The notes under the pieces were generated by a model, which ran no database searches, had not been told where the DNA came from, and saw nothing but the letters and a program-made list of their open reading frames with translations. This document shows positions 1-8,614 of a stretch of DNA of 64,000 bases, piece after piece; the first letter of the stretch is position 1, and every line of letters begins with the position of its first letter. The stretch spans positions 352,001-416,000 of the forward strand of contig JBCBUK010000001.1 in NCBI GenBank assembly GCA_039818205.1, written 5' to 3'. This DNA comes from Verrucomicrobiota bacterium. Lineage in GTDB: Bacteria > Verrucomicrobiota > Verrucomicrobiia > Opitutales > Cerasicoccaceae. The translations under genes and the position numbers were made by a program.

Positions 1-107
1 TGTTCCTGCATTCGTTTAAGGGTATGCGATCTCCATAACCAAAGACCGCCTCCCAAAACGATTAAAATGAAAACAACGACGACAATTCGGATGGTCCACT
101 TGGACAT
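1..107 (-). CDS. 5' end of a membrane-anchored protein (partial, runs off the window edge)
   Basis: ATG at 107 on the minus strand opens MSKWTIRIVVVVFILIVLGGGLWLWRSHTLKRMQE... with no stop before position 1. It has an N-terminal hydrophobic helix and the same orientation as the upstream operon. Confidence 0.6.
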   Translation of the reverse strand, partial: MSKWTIRIVVVVFILIVLGGGLWLWRSHTLKRMQE

Positions 108-194
108 GATAAATGGTTAAAAGAAATGCAGAACAATTTCAACATTTGCCTTTAGTAATTGCCCAAAAGTTTGAGGGCTTATATCCGATTATCA

Positions 195-1031
195 TTAGCC
201 TACTTTGACCGGTGCCAACTCTGTTTGACGGCGGCGGGCGATATAGAAAACTCCGACTACGAATAAGCCCATGATCAACCAGGTCGATGGTTCTGGGTTC
301 GCAAGATAAGCCACATTGGCGGCGCCGATATCAACGGCGAACAGCAAATCATTATAGTCACGATCGCCACCACCATAGAGATCTTCAAATCCAATCAATA
401 GATACGGGCTGCCGTCTTCAGCGAGACTGACCGTATGGACCAAACCATCTGCATTCGCTGAGTCATCAGTCGACCAGACCATGCTTCCTCCGCGTGCCCC
501 ATTGGCGATCAAGAAAAAGTCCAATTGAGATCCAGCTTCCAACAAGCCGAGGTCAACGAAATCGCCTGGCATGAGCGGAGCCGAGCTAGAACGCCACGCA
601 TTCTCATCACCGTGCTGATAGTAACTATCAACGCTCGATGCATTGGGAAAAATCAACAATGGATCACCGCTATTAACCGAGGCGCCATCTGTATTGTAAC
701 CAAGAGTGTTGTGGTATCCCGCACCTTCACCCACGAAGTAAACCCGCACATTGGCATCGTTACTCAAATATAGTTTAGAGGGATCCAAGCTAATTGACGA
801 AAGATTGGTAATTCCTTGGCGTTCGCCCAGACTTTCGTTGATAAAATCCTGCATCTGAGGAAGCACTTCAGCCTGGAACTGCGCCGAGTTTGCATCGGAG
901 CCCGCCTGCATAACTGGGCTGACGATATCGAGCCCCATTGGGCGCGCGTTGGATTGCACGGACAACTCAGTCTGAGCTGGAACGGGCAGCATTGGTATCG
1001 TGAGAATTGCGAGGTAAGTAAGGTGTTTCAT
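195..1031 (-). CDS. DUF4114-domain, PEP-CTERM-sorted surface protein
   Basis: N-terminal signal peptide; DUF4114-like motif IGFEDLYGGGDRDYNDLLF; C-terminal NPEPSTW + transmembrane helix + RRR (PEP-CTERM signal). Confidence 0.85.
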   Translation of the reverse strand: MKHLTYLAILTIPMLPVPAQTELSVQSNARPMGLDIVSPVMQAGSDANSAQFQAEVLPQMQDFINESLGERQGITNLSSISLDPSKLYLSNDANVRVYFVGEGAGYHNTLGYNTDGASVNSGDPLLIFPNASSVDSYYQHGDENAWRSSSAPLMPGDFVDLGLLEAGSQLDFFLIANGARGGSMVWSTDDSANADGLVHTVSLAEDGSPYLLIGFEDLYGGGDRDYNDLLFAVDIGAANVAYLANPEPSTWLIMGLFVVGVFYIARRRQTELAPVKVG

Positions 1032-1060
1032 TGAGATAATTGTTTACATAAATTTAACGG

Positions 1061-2560
1061 TTATTGGGTCATACTCTTAAGTAGTTTTCGTGAAAACCAT
1101 ACCCAGGGAACACCACAAAGCGCCCCTCGCCAGCCAAGCGACCACACACCACCATCGGACGGCATCGGGAATGCAAAAACCAATACGGCGAGAACCAATC
1201 CGAAACTTCCTAATGCCCAGAGAGTTCCGTCGAGATGAAACGCCAGGAAGTTACCGAGCTTAAGCTCAACCGCTCTCAGAGTGATTGGAATAACAAAAAA
1301 CCAGCCAACCACTGCCGTCGGTATTAAAGTACCCAAAGCGACTCCTAAAATCCCCAAAGAAAACACCAAAGCGAAGCTGATGGCGACATTGAGAACCGCA
1401 TCGATGACCGACAAACGTAGTAACACCTTCTCATGGCCAGTCATCATGAGAATGCGCTTGGTGCAGCTGTTGGTTAGTTGAGAACTATATATCGCCAATA
1501 GTAGTGCCTGGCCGACCCAGAACGCTTCGGCGGGCACCGTTTCAAGACCGGTTAACAATCGAATCAAGCCATCAAGATATACTGCTGAAAGCACATAGGC
1601 CGGTGTTACAACCAACAGCGTTAATCGCGAGCTACGCAACAGCAACTCGCGCAAACCAGCCTCATCACCACTCGCTTTCAATTGCGCCGCTGCGGGCGAT
1701 AGCGCCGATTGCAGTTGCACGCTAAACAGGTTCAGCATTTCGCCCATTTTGAAACCAGCCTGGTAAATCGCGACGGCGGCGACTCCCACCGTTAAGCTGA
1801 TTACCAGCTGATCACTCTTGGCCATGATCAAGTTGCTGAAGGTAATCAGATAGGCCGCAATAGAGAAACTCATTTGGGCTTTTACCGCCCTCCATTCGAA
1901 CAGCTTCGGTGCCAGGGAAAGCTGCTTGATCAAGCGAAAGGCGAAGAAAGCGGCGAAGATATTGGGAATCAAACTCGATACCACGCTGATCGCCATCAAG
2001 GCAGGAAATGGCCACTCTAAGGCAAGAGCTGTGACAATCACGGAAAAGTGGAGTACGGTGTTCCCCACCCCAACCCAGTTCGCTAAATCGATTCGTTGCA
2101 TTCCTCGCAACACTTCGGGAAACAACCCGAGCGGAAACGTCAGGGCCATGCCAATAAAGAAAATGACGTATGCGCTGCTGAATGCATCCCAGTCGTTGGC
2201 CGAGACCGAAACCGCCTCCATAAAGTATGGGCGCAGAAGAATAAAAACTGTCACCAAACCGACCGCCAGGCCAACGAAGGTCCAAAAGATTGTTGATAGC
2301 AGGCGATTCAATCCGGCGTAATCACCCTGAGCCATCTTCTCGGCGACTGCTTTCTGGGCGGTGAAACCAAATCCAAAATCCAGCAAGACGCCGTAACCAA
2401 ACAAAGACCAAAGCAAAGACCAGAAACCAAACGCTTCTTCGCTTAAACCGCTAAACAGTTGGCGAAATAGAATCAAACCAAGGACCAGGCGCAGAACCAC
2501 CTGCACATAGCTGCTACCCGTATTCGCCCAAAAGCGACGCTTCCATTCCGGCTTATCCAC
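1061..2560 (-). CDS. Wzx-like oligosaccharide flippase (polysaccharide biosynthesis/MOP family)
   Basis: About 500 aa with many hydrophobic helices; DFGFG, SDQLVIS and LGILGVALGT motifs typical of flippases; lies among glycosyltransferases. GTG at 2560, preceded by GGAGG, is preferred over TTG at 2566. Confidence 0.85.
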   Translation of the reverse strand: MDKPEWKRRFWANTGSSYVQVVLRLVLGLILFRQLFSGLSEEAFGFWSLLWSLFGYGVLLDFGFGFTAQKAVAEKMAQGDYAGLNRLLSTIFWTFVGLAVGLVTVFILLRPYFMEAVSVSANDWDAFSSAYVIFFIGMALTFPLGLFPEVLRGMQRIDLANWVGVGNTVLHFSVIVTALALEWPFPALMAISVVSSLIPNIFAAFFAFRLIKQLSLAPKLFEWRAVKAQMSFSIAAYLITFSNLIMAKSDQLVISLTVGVAAVAIYQAGFKMGEMLNLFSVQLQSALSPAAAQLKASGDEAGLRELLLRSSRLTLLVVTPAYVLSAVYLDGLIRLLTGLETVPAEAFWVGQALLLAIYSSQLTNSCTKRILMMTGHEKVLLRLSVIDAVLNVAISFALVFSLGILGVALGTLIPTAVVGWFFVIPITLRAVELKLGNFLAFHLDGTLWALGSFGLVLAVLVFAFPMPSDGGVWSLGWRGALCGVPWVWFSRKLLKSMTQ

Positions 2561-3683
2561 CGGCAACCTCCCGATAGACTGCCTCGCACTGTTCGGCGAC
2601 CAGGTCCCATCGATACTTAGCTGCCCATTCTCGTCCCATCGCGACCCGCTCAGCTCGCTCGCTCTGGCTTAGGCTGCCCATCTTGCCAAGGGCTTCAGTC
2701 ATCGATTCTACCGACATTGGATCGAACTCAATCGTCGCTGGCCCGTTAACTTCAGCGAGGCTTGTCGCGTGTGACGATACAGCCATCGTCCCACAGGCCT
2801 GGGCTTCAATGACCGGGAAACCGAAACCCTCCATCAATGACGGAAACACGAGCGCCTCGGCTGCCGCATACCAAAGTGCGAGTTCATCATCCTCAATGAA
2901 ACCCGCCATCCGAATCGAACGCTGATGCTTCGACGCTTCCCAAGCGGCATCAATTGCTTCCTTACCATGCCAAGGCGCACCACCGAGAACCAAGTCCCAG
3001 TCCAAGCCACTGGATTCGCGAAACCGACCAAAGGCTTCGATCAATCGCACATGGTTTTTTGCCGGATGTTCAAAACGGGCGATGTAAATTAGATACGGCT
3101 TCGTCAGCTGATGTTTGATCCGAAACGTGGATAACGAGTCTTCATTCGCCGGCCGAAAACGCTCATGGTCGATTCCGTTCGGAATAACTCGCAGGCGATC
3201 AGCGGAAACTCCGAGGTAGTTTTTAATATCCTCACCTGCCGTCGCGCTCACCGCAATCACGCGATCCATGCGACGAGCGATCCAAGGAACGACCTTCCTG
3301 CCGAAAAAGCCCCGAAGCGCATCATACTTCTCCGCCAAGATGAATGGCGCACAGTCGTGTATCGTGGCAACCTGCGGAGCGGAGCTTCGAACGACCATCC
3401 GCCGATAGCTTGGGATGTGAACAACATCGAAGTCTCCTTTTTTGATAATTCCCGGAAGGACCGCCTGGTGCCAAAGCAAATTCACCGCCCCGCTGCTGGC
3501 CTTCGGGTGAATGCTTACCCAGCGATCATCTGCGATCCAGGGAAACAGTGAGCGATCGGAATCCAGGCCAACAATAAAGACATCGATGCCGCGGGTGCAG
3601 AGGTGTTGGCTCAGCGCGATGACATAGCGCCCAACACCGGAACGCCCCCCTTGGACCATGCCGGCTGAGAGTAACAGCTTAAT
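2553..3683 (-). CDS. Glycosyltransferase family 4 (GT-B)
   Basis: TIHD, VIAVS, IPNGID, KNHVRL and EGFGFPVIEAQACG motifs. The start is uncertain; an ATT at 3683 behind AGGAGG is proposed (see findings). Confidence 0.9.
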   Translation of the reverse strand: MKLLLSAGMVQGGRSGVGRYVIALSQHLCTRGIDVFIVGLDSDRSLFPWIADDRWVSIHPKASSGAVNLLWHQAVLPGIIKKGDFDVVHIPSYRRMVVRSSAPQVATIHDCAPFILAEKYDALRGFFGRKVVPWIARRMDRVIAVSATAGEDIKNYLGVSADRLRVIPNGIDHERFRPANEDSLSTFRIKHQLTKPYLIYIARFEHPAKNHVRLIEAFGRFRESSGLDWDLVLGGAPWHGKEAIDAAWEASKHQRSIRMAGFIEDDELALWYAAAEALVFPSLMEGFGFPVIEAQACGTMAVSSHATSLAEVNGPATIEFDPMSVESMTEALGKMGSLSQSERAERVAMGREWAAKYRWDLVAEQCEAVYREVAGG

Positions 3684-5160
3684 GAGCTGCCCCTCCTGCT
3701 GCGGGCTCCAACAAGAACTCTTGCAACCGCAAAAGCTTGATGACGTACCGCAGTTGCTCACTTGGATCGACAATCAACAAACTACCATTGCGTTCGAGCA
3801 TGCGTCGGCGCGCCATCAGCAATGCCGTCACGCCATTACTATCAATGAAGTTCACGGCCGAGCAATCGATCGCTAGAGTCCGTGCTCCAGGATCAGCCTC
3901 AATCAATGCATTTAGCTCAGCGGACAACTGCTTCACGTTGGAACGGTCGATCGTATCGATCAATTCGTAGCGTATCGTTATCGGTTCTTCGCCCTCGTCA
4001 CTGTCAGTGGCTGGGGTGATCTCAGATAATGATGCTTGAAATACGTTCTCATCGCTGAAGAAACGAAACAGAGAATCGAGCCGAACCGCCTTCAGCGCAC
4101 TCATCACGCTTTCCGAAGGGGACAACAATCCGAATGCTTGATTCCGTTCTCGGGCTTGACGGGCAAGCTTGGCCAGTGCGCCCATGCCCGCACTATCCAT
4201 AAAATCAACCTCACTGAGATCGAGTAGCACTGGCTGCTTCCAGTCCTCTGGTTGCGGTAGGTCGTCAACGTTCACCCGCTCAGCGGCTCCTTTCCAAGCC
4301 AACCGCTGAATTGCAACCGACTTGGACGGCAGTGGCTCAGCACTTGGTAGGCTAGCGGGTCGATTCGTTGAACGCCGGCGTTTGGACAGCCATTGTTTCA
4401 TGGTAACCCAACTGAGAAAAAAGAAATCACGTGCGTATCGGCTAAAGAGTCGTTTGGGGTTCGTGCCCATGCGCCAGAGCCATTCCATCCCAGTCTTTTG
4501 CATCCAGATCGGCGCTCGTATCTGCTTTCCTGATATGAAGTCCAGCGACGCACCAATACCGATTCCGAGCGACGCTCCCGTCTCCTTAAAATACTGGTAG
4601 ATCCATTCCTCCTGCTTTGGACAGCCCAAAGCGACGAGCAATACATCCGCATTGGCCGCACGCACCCGCCGCACGACCGCTTCGTTGTCCCACTCGTGCA
4701 CCTGACCCATTGGCGGAGATTCGAACCCAACGATATCCAGGCCAGGCATCCGCTGGCGCAAGAGCTCCACGACCTCACCCAAAGCCGTGTCGTCACTTCC
4801 AAAGAAGTAGACCTTGCTGCCGATCTGAGCACTGAGCTCCAAAAGCTTAGGCGTTAAATCCGAACCCGCTACCCGCTCCCGCAAAGGATGACCCAGAATC
4901 TTGGAGATCCAAATCAACGGCATACCGTCGCAAACAACTCGTCTCGCATAAAATAGGATACGACGCAGTTCTTCGTTCTCAAATGCCTGGGCGGCAAAGT
5001 CGACGTTCGCCGTTACGAAATAAGCTGGCTTGCCGGTTTCCAATACGTGTCGGCATTCCAACAAGGTTTCCTCCATCGTCAAATCATGGAAGGGCAAACC
5101 CAACAACACGGCGATCGGCGGTTCGTGGTGAGAGTCGCTGCTATCTGGTTGAGAGCTCAT
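3679..5160 (-). CDS. WecB/TagA/CpsF (GT26) glycosyltransferase fused to two C-terminal STAS domains
   Basis: GT26 motifs VTANVDF, CDGMP, ERVAGSDL, VALGCPKQE, GIGASLDF, RAPIWMQKTGMEWLWR. These are followed by STAS motifs LDLSEVDFMDSAGMGAL and IDCSAVNFIDSNGVTAL. Likely start MSSQPD at 5160. Confidence 0.9.
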   Translation of the reverse strand: MSSQPDSSDSHHEPPIAVLLGLPFHDLTMEETLLECRHVLETGKPAYFVTANVDFAAQAFENEELRRILFYARRVVCDGMPLIWISKILGHPLRERVAGSDLTPKLLELSAQIGSKVYFFGSDDTALGEVVELLRQRMPGLDIVGFESPPMGQVHEWDNEAVVRRVRAANADVLLVALGCPKQEEWIYQYFKETGASLGIGIGASLDFISGKQIRAPIWMQKTGMEWLWRMGTNPKRLFSRYARDFFFLSWVTMKQWLSKRRRSTNRPASLPSAEPLPSKSVAIQRLAWKGAAERVNVDDLPQPEDWKQPVLLDLSEVDFMDSAGMGALAKLARQARERNQAFGLLSPSESVMSALKAVRLDSLFRFFSDENVFQASLSEITPATDSDEGEEPITIRYELIDTIDRSNVKQLSAELNALIEADPGARTLAIDCSAVNFIDSNGVTALLMARRRMLERNGSLLIVDPSEQLRYVIKLLRLQEFLLEPAAGGAAH

Positions 5161-6370
5161 TAGAGGTTCGTAGTCGTTGGAGTTTTTGGATGAGTCGCTC
5201 GCCAAGCGCTGCCCAGGTATAGGTATCCAGCACTTTAGAACGTCCCGCACTAGCGAGTTTTCGCCGCAAACTTGCGTTGTCGATTAGCTGCACACAGGCA
5301 TCGGCAAAATCAGCGGCGCTATCGGCTAGGAGCAACTCGTGGTCATGGTCCAAATCTAAACCTTGTGCACCCAAGGTCGTCGAAACGACCGGATTAGTCA
5401 TCGACAAGCCTTCGACAATTTTTAGGCGCGTCCCGCCGCCAATGCGCAGTGGAACGACCTGCATCCAAGCCTTTTGATAAAAAGGGCGCACATCGGGCAC
5501 CTCCCCTTCGAAAACAACCCCTGGCTGCTTCGCATACGCCTTGACCTCTTCGGTCGGATTCTTGCCAACCAAAATGAGTTGGTAGTCGGGTCGCTCACTC
5601 AAAATGCGATGATGGATTTCGTCAAAATACCAACGCATCGCGTCCGTATTAGGCGTGTAATCAAGCGCACCGCAAAATAAAGCGCTGGGATAGACGGTTG
5701 GCTCCGGTGGCCACTCAGTCGCATCGAAAAAATCGGTATTGGCACCGTTGGGCAGAACATAAACTCTTTCGGGCAATCCCAAGCGTTCATCGAGGAAATC
5801 CTTGTCTTCGAGACCGCAAACCACCTCGAGCGAGATCTGTTGGATTACCTCGCGCTCAGCCCGAGCAATTTTCATGAGATTCTCACGACGCATGAATCTG
5901 CCCCAGGCCGTGTCGTTCAGCGTAGCCAACTCCTCCCGTTGAAACAACCAGTCGACGCGGCTCCGATCCATCACCAGACAATTATGGTCCGCGAAAAACC
6001 GTTTCACGTAGGGCCACAAAACGATATCGACCCAGAAGATACAGTCATAAGACTGACCGGAAACAAACTCACCAAGTGCCCGCTCAACATCCGGTGAATA
6101 CCAATGCCGGATGGTGGTCGGCTGTGGGTTCCAGACACGATCTGTCCAGAAAGACGGCCAAGGCGGGTGTTGGAAGTCAGAAAACTCGACCCGCTCACAC
6201 ATTGCCTGGAATCGATCAAGTTGTTCGTGATCCTCGGGTTCAGTAGACAGGCAAAAGAGATCGACCGAAAATGCCTCGGCCAGTTGCTCGGTCAAGTGAA
6301 ACACGCGCTGGAAAGTGCCCCGGCGAATGGGAAACGGAACGTATGGTAATATGACCAGCAACCGCTTCAT
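5141..6370 (-). CDS. Glycosyltransferase family 4 (subtype common in PEP-CTERM/EPS loci)
   Basis: PFPIRRG N-terminus, FCGALDYTPN, GEVPDVRPF, PLRIGGGTRLKIVE, VVSTTLGAQG. Confidence 0.88.
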   Translation of the reverse strand: MKRLLVILPYVPFPIRRGTFQRVFHLTEQLAEAFSVDLFCLSTEPEDHEQLDRFQAMCERVEFSDFQHPPWPSFWTDRVWNPQPTTIRHWYSPDVERALGEFVSGQSYDCIFWVDIVLWPYVKRFFADHNCLVMDRSRVDWLFQREELATLNDTAWGRFMRRENLMKIARAEREVIQQISLEVVCGLEDKDFLDERLGLPERVYVLPNGANTDFFDATEWPPEPTVYPSALFCGALDYTPNTDAMRWYFDEIHHRILSERPDYQLILVGKNPTEEVKAYAKQPGVVFEGEVPDVRPFYQKAWMQVVPLRIGGGTRLKIVEGLSMTNPVVSTTLGAQGLDLDHDHELLLADSAADFADACVQLIDNASLRRKLASAGRSKVLDTYTWAALGERLIQKLQRLRTSNELSTR

Positions 6371-6374
6371 TGTC

Positions 6375-7466
6375 TTAGCTATAATAGCCCCACCATACTT
6401 CGTAAATATTATAGATGGCGTTCCACTCCGTATTTTCTATCGGCAGGTTCTTGCCAACCTGAACAAAATCCGGCGTTTCAGCATTCAATTGAACCAGCGC
6501 TCTCATCAATGCCCCTCGCGGATAATCGGTATAGGGCTGAAGAGCGGCCCCACGCTTGAGCCGATCACGCAGCGCCAATGCAAGGCAACGCAACGGCGAT
6601 TCATCGGGGAACAAACGCTCATTTGCCTTCGCGTATTGGTCGGCACTTCCGAAACTCCTTCCCAGACGCTCACCTTCAACTGCCAAATAGACATCCAACC
6701 ACAAAGAACGCAGCCGATCGTTTTGCCCTTTGAGGTCAAGGGACATCGGTGGCTCGACCGGGCGCTGCTTGAAGTCAACGCCCGTTGCATGTAGTTGACG
6801 AATTTCATCAGTAAGCAGCGGGTGCTCAAGCGCAGCAACCAACTGTTTACGGGTCTCACAGAACGCATTGTGTTGGCCTGATATACATAGAACTGCATCG
6901 CCCAACGCCAAAGCGAGTTTCATGTGTTGACGATAAATGAAATCCTCAGCGCCCGAAACTTCCAACTTGCACCGAGCGAAAAACAAGCCACTACCGCGGT
7001 TCCACAAAAGTCGCGTCGCTTCAACTTTGTGTATGAGTTTGGGATCCATTTTCGAATGCCATTTTGCCAAGTAATCATCGGGACCCACGACAACCAGATG
7101 TCCCATGATCAAATCGTGAAACATCATGGAGGATTCTGCGTTTTTGAGATTTCCAGGAGACACGCAGGTTACCTCGACATCGATTGACAAAGCCTCGCTT
7201 TCGGTCCGCTCAAACGCCTTTACTCGCTTTCGCAAAGCGTCGTCTTCCGGGCTCTCCGTAAAGAGAAAATAATCGAGGTCATTAAACAATTTAGGCGTAT
7301 CGCCATCAACGAATACGCCCCCTTCACCGCGGCCATAGCCGCCACCCAAGACTAATGCCTCTATTGATGTAGATTCGTCAGTATCAAAGTAGGCTTTTGC
7401 ACGCGCAATGTGTTCTTCCAGTTGCTTCAACAGGGAAGAAAATGTCCCGTTGAAATAGCGCGCCAT
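6375..7466 (-). CDS. Pol-beta-type nucleotidyltransferase-like protein
   Basis: LVLGGGYGRGEG followed by NDLDY (hG[GS]...DxD), a later IDVE strand and a helical C-terminal region. The substrate is unknown. Confidence 0.65.
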   Translation of the reverse strand: MARYFNGTFSSLLKQLEEHIARAKAYFDTDESTSIEALVLGGGYGRGEGGVFVDGDTPKLFNDLDYFLFTESPEDDALRKRVKAFERTESEALSIDVEVTCVSPGNLKNAESSMMFHDLIMGHLVVVGPDDYLAKWHSKMDPKLIHKVEATRLLWNRGSGLFFARCKLEVSGAEDFIYRQHMKLALALGDAVLCISGQHNAFCETRKQLVAALEHPLLTDEIRQLHATGVDFKQRPVEPPMSLDLKGQNDRLRSLWLDVYLAVEGERLGRSFGSADQYAKANERLFPDESPLRCLALALRDRLKRGAALQPYTDYPRGALMRALVQLNAETPDFVQVGKNLPIENTEWNAIYNIYEVWWGYYS

Positions 7467-7469
7467 ATG

Positions 7470-7781
7470 CTAATTCTCTAAATTAAATACTGTGTTCAGG
7501 CGAAGGAGCTCAACGACACTGAGCACCTCAGGGCTAAGGTTGGTCAGCGATAGCGGTCGAACACCCCCACGAAGAGAGTTGTTCAAATGCAGAAGCGCGC
7601 CCAGCCCCGAGCTATCAATAAACGCAAGTCCAGAGCAGTCGACGACGACCTTCCCAGCTTGCGGAAGATCGAGCATTCCAAGCTCCTGTTTGAACTCTGC
7701 TGCATTCGCCGCCTCCAAATGGGAAGTCTTTAATTGGATAACGAATGCCTCACTTTGTTCTTGGGTCTCAAATAATGGCAT
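7470..7781 (-). CDS. Stand-alone STAS protein (anti-sigma-factor antagonist, SpoIIAA/RsbV/SypA-like)
   Basis: 103 aa; VVVDCSGLAFIDSSGLGALL with the phosphoacceptor Ser; C-terminal LLRLNTVF. Confidence 0.9.
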   Translation of the reverse strand: MPLFETQEQSEAFVIQLKTSHLEAANAAEFKQELGMLDLPQAGKVVVDCSGLAFIDSSGLGALLHLNNSLRGGVRPLSLTNLSPEVLSVVELLRLNTVFNLEN

Positions 7782-7880
7782 AGGGCAAAAACGCTTAGAA
7801 TAAAAACTATCAATAAATCACCATTCTTTCCTTGGCAATGCAAGCTTAGAGATATTAACTATATAGAAACCTTAGCAACC
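7782..7880. promoter_or_regulatory. AT-rich divergent intergenic region, presumed to hold promoters for both operons
   Basis: 99-bp AT-rich gap between the divergent starts at 7781 and 7881. No promoter elements could be assigned with confidence. Confidence 0.5.
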
Positions 7881-8609
7881 ATGGCGGATGATGAAATTCA
7901 CCCCACACTGAATCAATTTTGGTCAACCCAGGAAGGCCAAAGTGAAATTCTCAAGTGGCGAAAAAACATGCGTCGCAAAATTAGTTTTTGGCGACTAACG
8001 ATCGCGTTCAGCCAAACGAGCAAACGCGTTCTCGATATCATTGGTTCCGCAGCGGCCCTCATCGCATTCTCCCCGATTTTCGCGATCACGGCGATCCTGA
8101 TAAAATTGGAAGACCGGGGGCCAATATTTTTCTCTCAGACTCGGGTTGGAGAAGCGGGCCGAGCATTCCAATGCTTCAAGTTTCGCTCAATGGTCGTTAA
8201 TGCCGATCAGATCAAAGAAAAGCTAAGTGAACAAAATCAGCACGACGACGGGGTCACCTTTAAAATGAAAGACGACCCGCGGATAACGAAAGTCGGCAAG
8301 TATATCCGCAAACTGTCCATCGACGAATTCCCTCAGTTCTATAATGTATTGCGTGGAGACATGTCACTCGTCGGACCGCGCCCACCGGTTCCGAAAGAAG
8401 TCGCCGAATACAAGGCCTTTCACCTGCGTCGCCTCATGGTTAAGCCCGGCATTACCTGTCTGTGGCAAATTGGCGGCCGCGCGGATATCGACTTCGAAGG
8501 GCAAGTGCGTCTCGATCTCGAATACATTGGATCCCAGAATCTCAAACAAGACCTACACATACTACTGAAGACCGTACCCGCCGTTATCCTCGGTAAGGGT
8601 GCCTACTAG
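7881..8609 (+). CDS. Priming undecaprenyl-phosphate sugar-phosphate transferase (Bac_transf family)
   Basis: KRVLDI, FFSQTRVG, FKFRSM, DDPRITKVGKYIRKLSIDEFPQFYNVLRGDMSLVGPRP, KPGITCLWQ, RLDLEY, GKGAY. Confidence 0.95.
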   Translation: MADDEIHPTLNQFWSTQEGQSEILKWRKNMRRKISFWRLTIAFSQTSKRVLDIIGSAAALIAFSPIFAITAILIKLEDRGPIFFSQTRVGEAGRAFQCFKFRSMVVNADQIKEKLSEQNQHDDGVTFKMKDDPRITKVGKYIRKLSIDEFPQFYNVLRGDMSLVGPRPPVPKEVAEYKAFHLRRLMVKPGITCLWQIGGRADIDFEGQVRLDLEYIGSQNLKQDLHILLKTVPAVILGKGAY

Positions 8610-8614
8610 CTACA

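Noticed and set aside
3684..3773. N-terminal extensions given by the ORF track (also 5161-5250, 19839-19901, 25083-25100)
   Set aside because: They overlap neighbouring genes or repeats, and better-supported downstream starts exist.
6375..7466. Nucleotidyltransferase as a CBASS cyclase or toxin-antitoxin component
   Set aside because: No adjacent effector, HEPN partner or Cap genes; it is embedded in the EPS operon.
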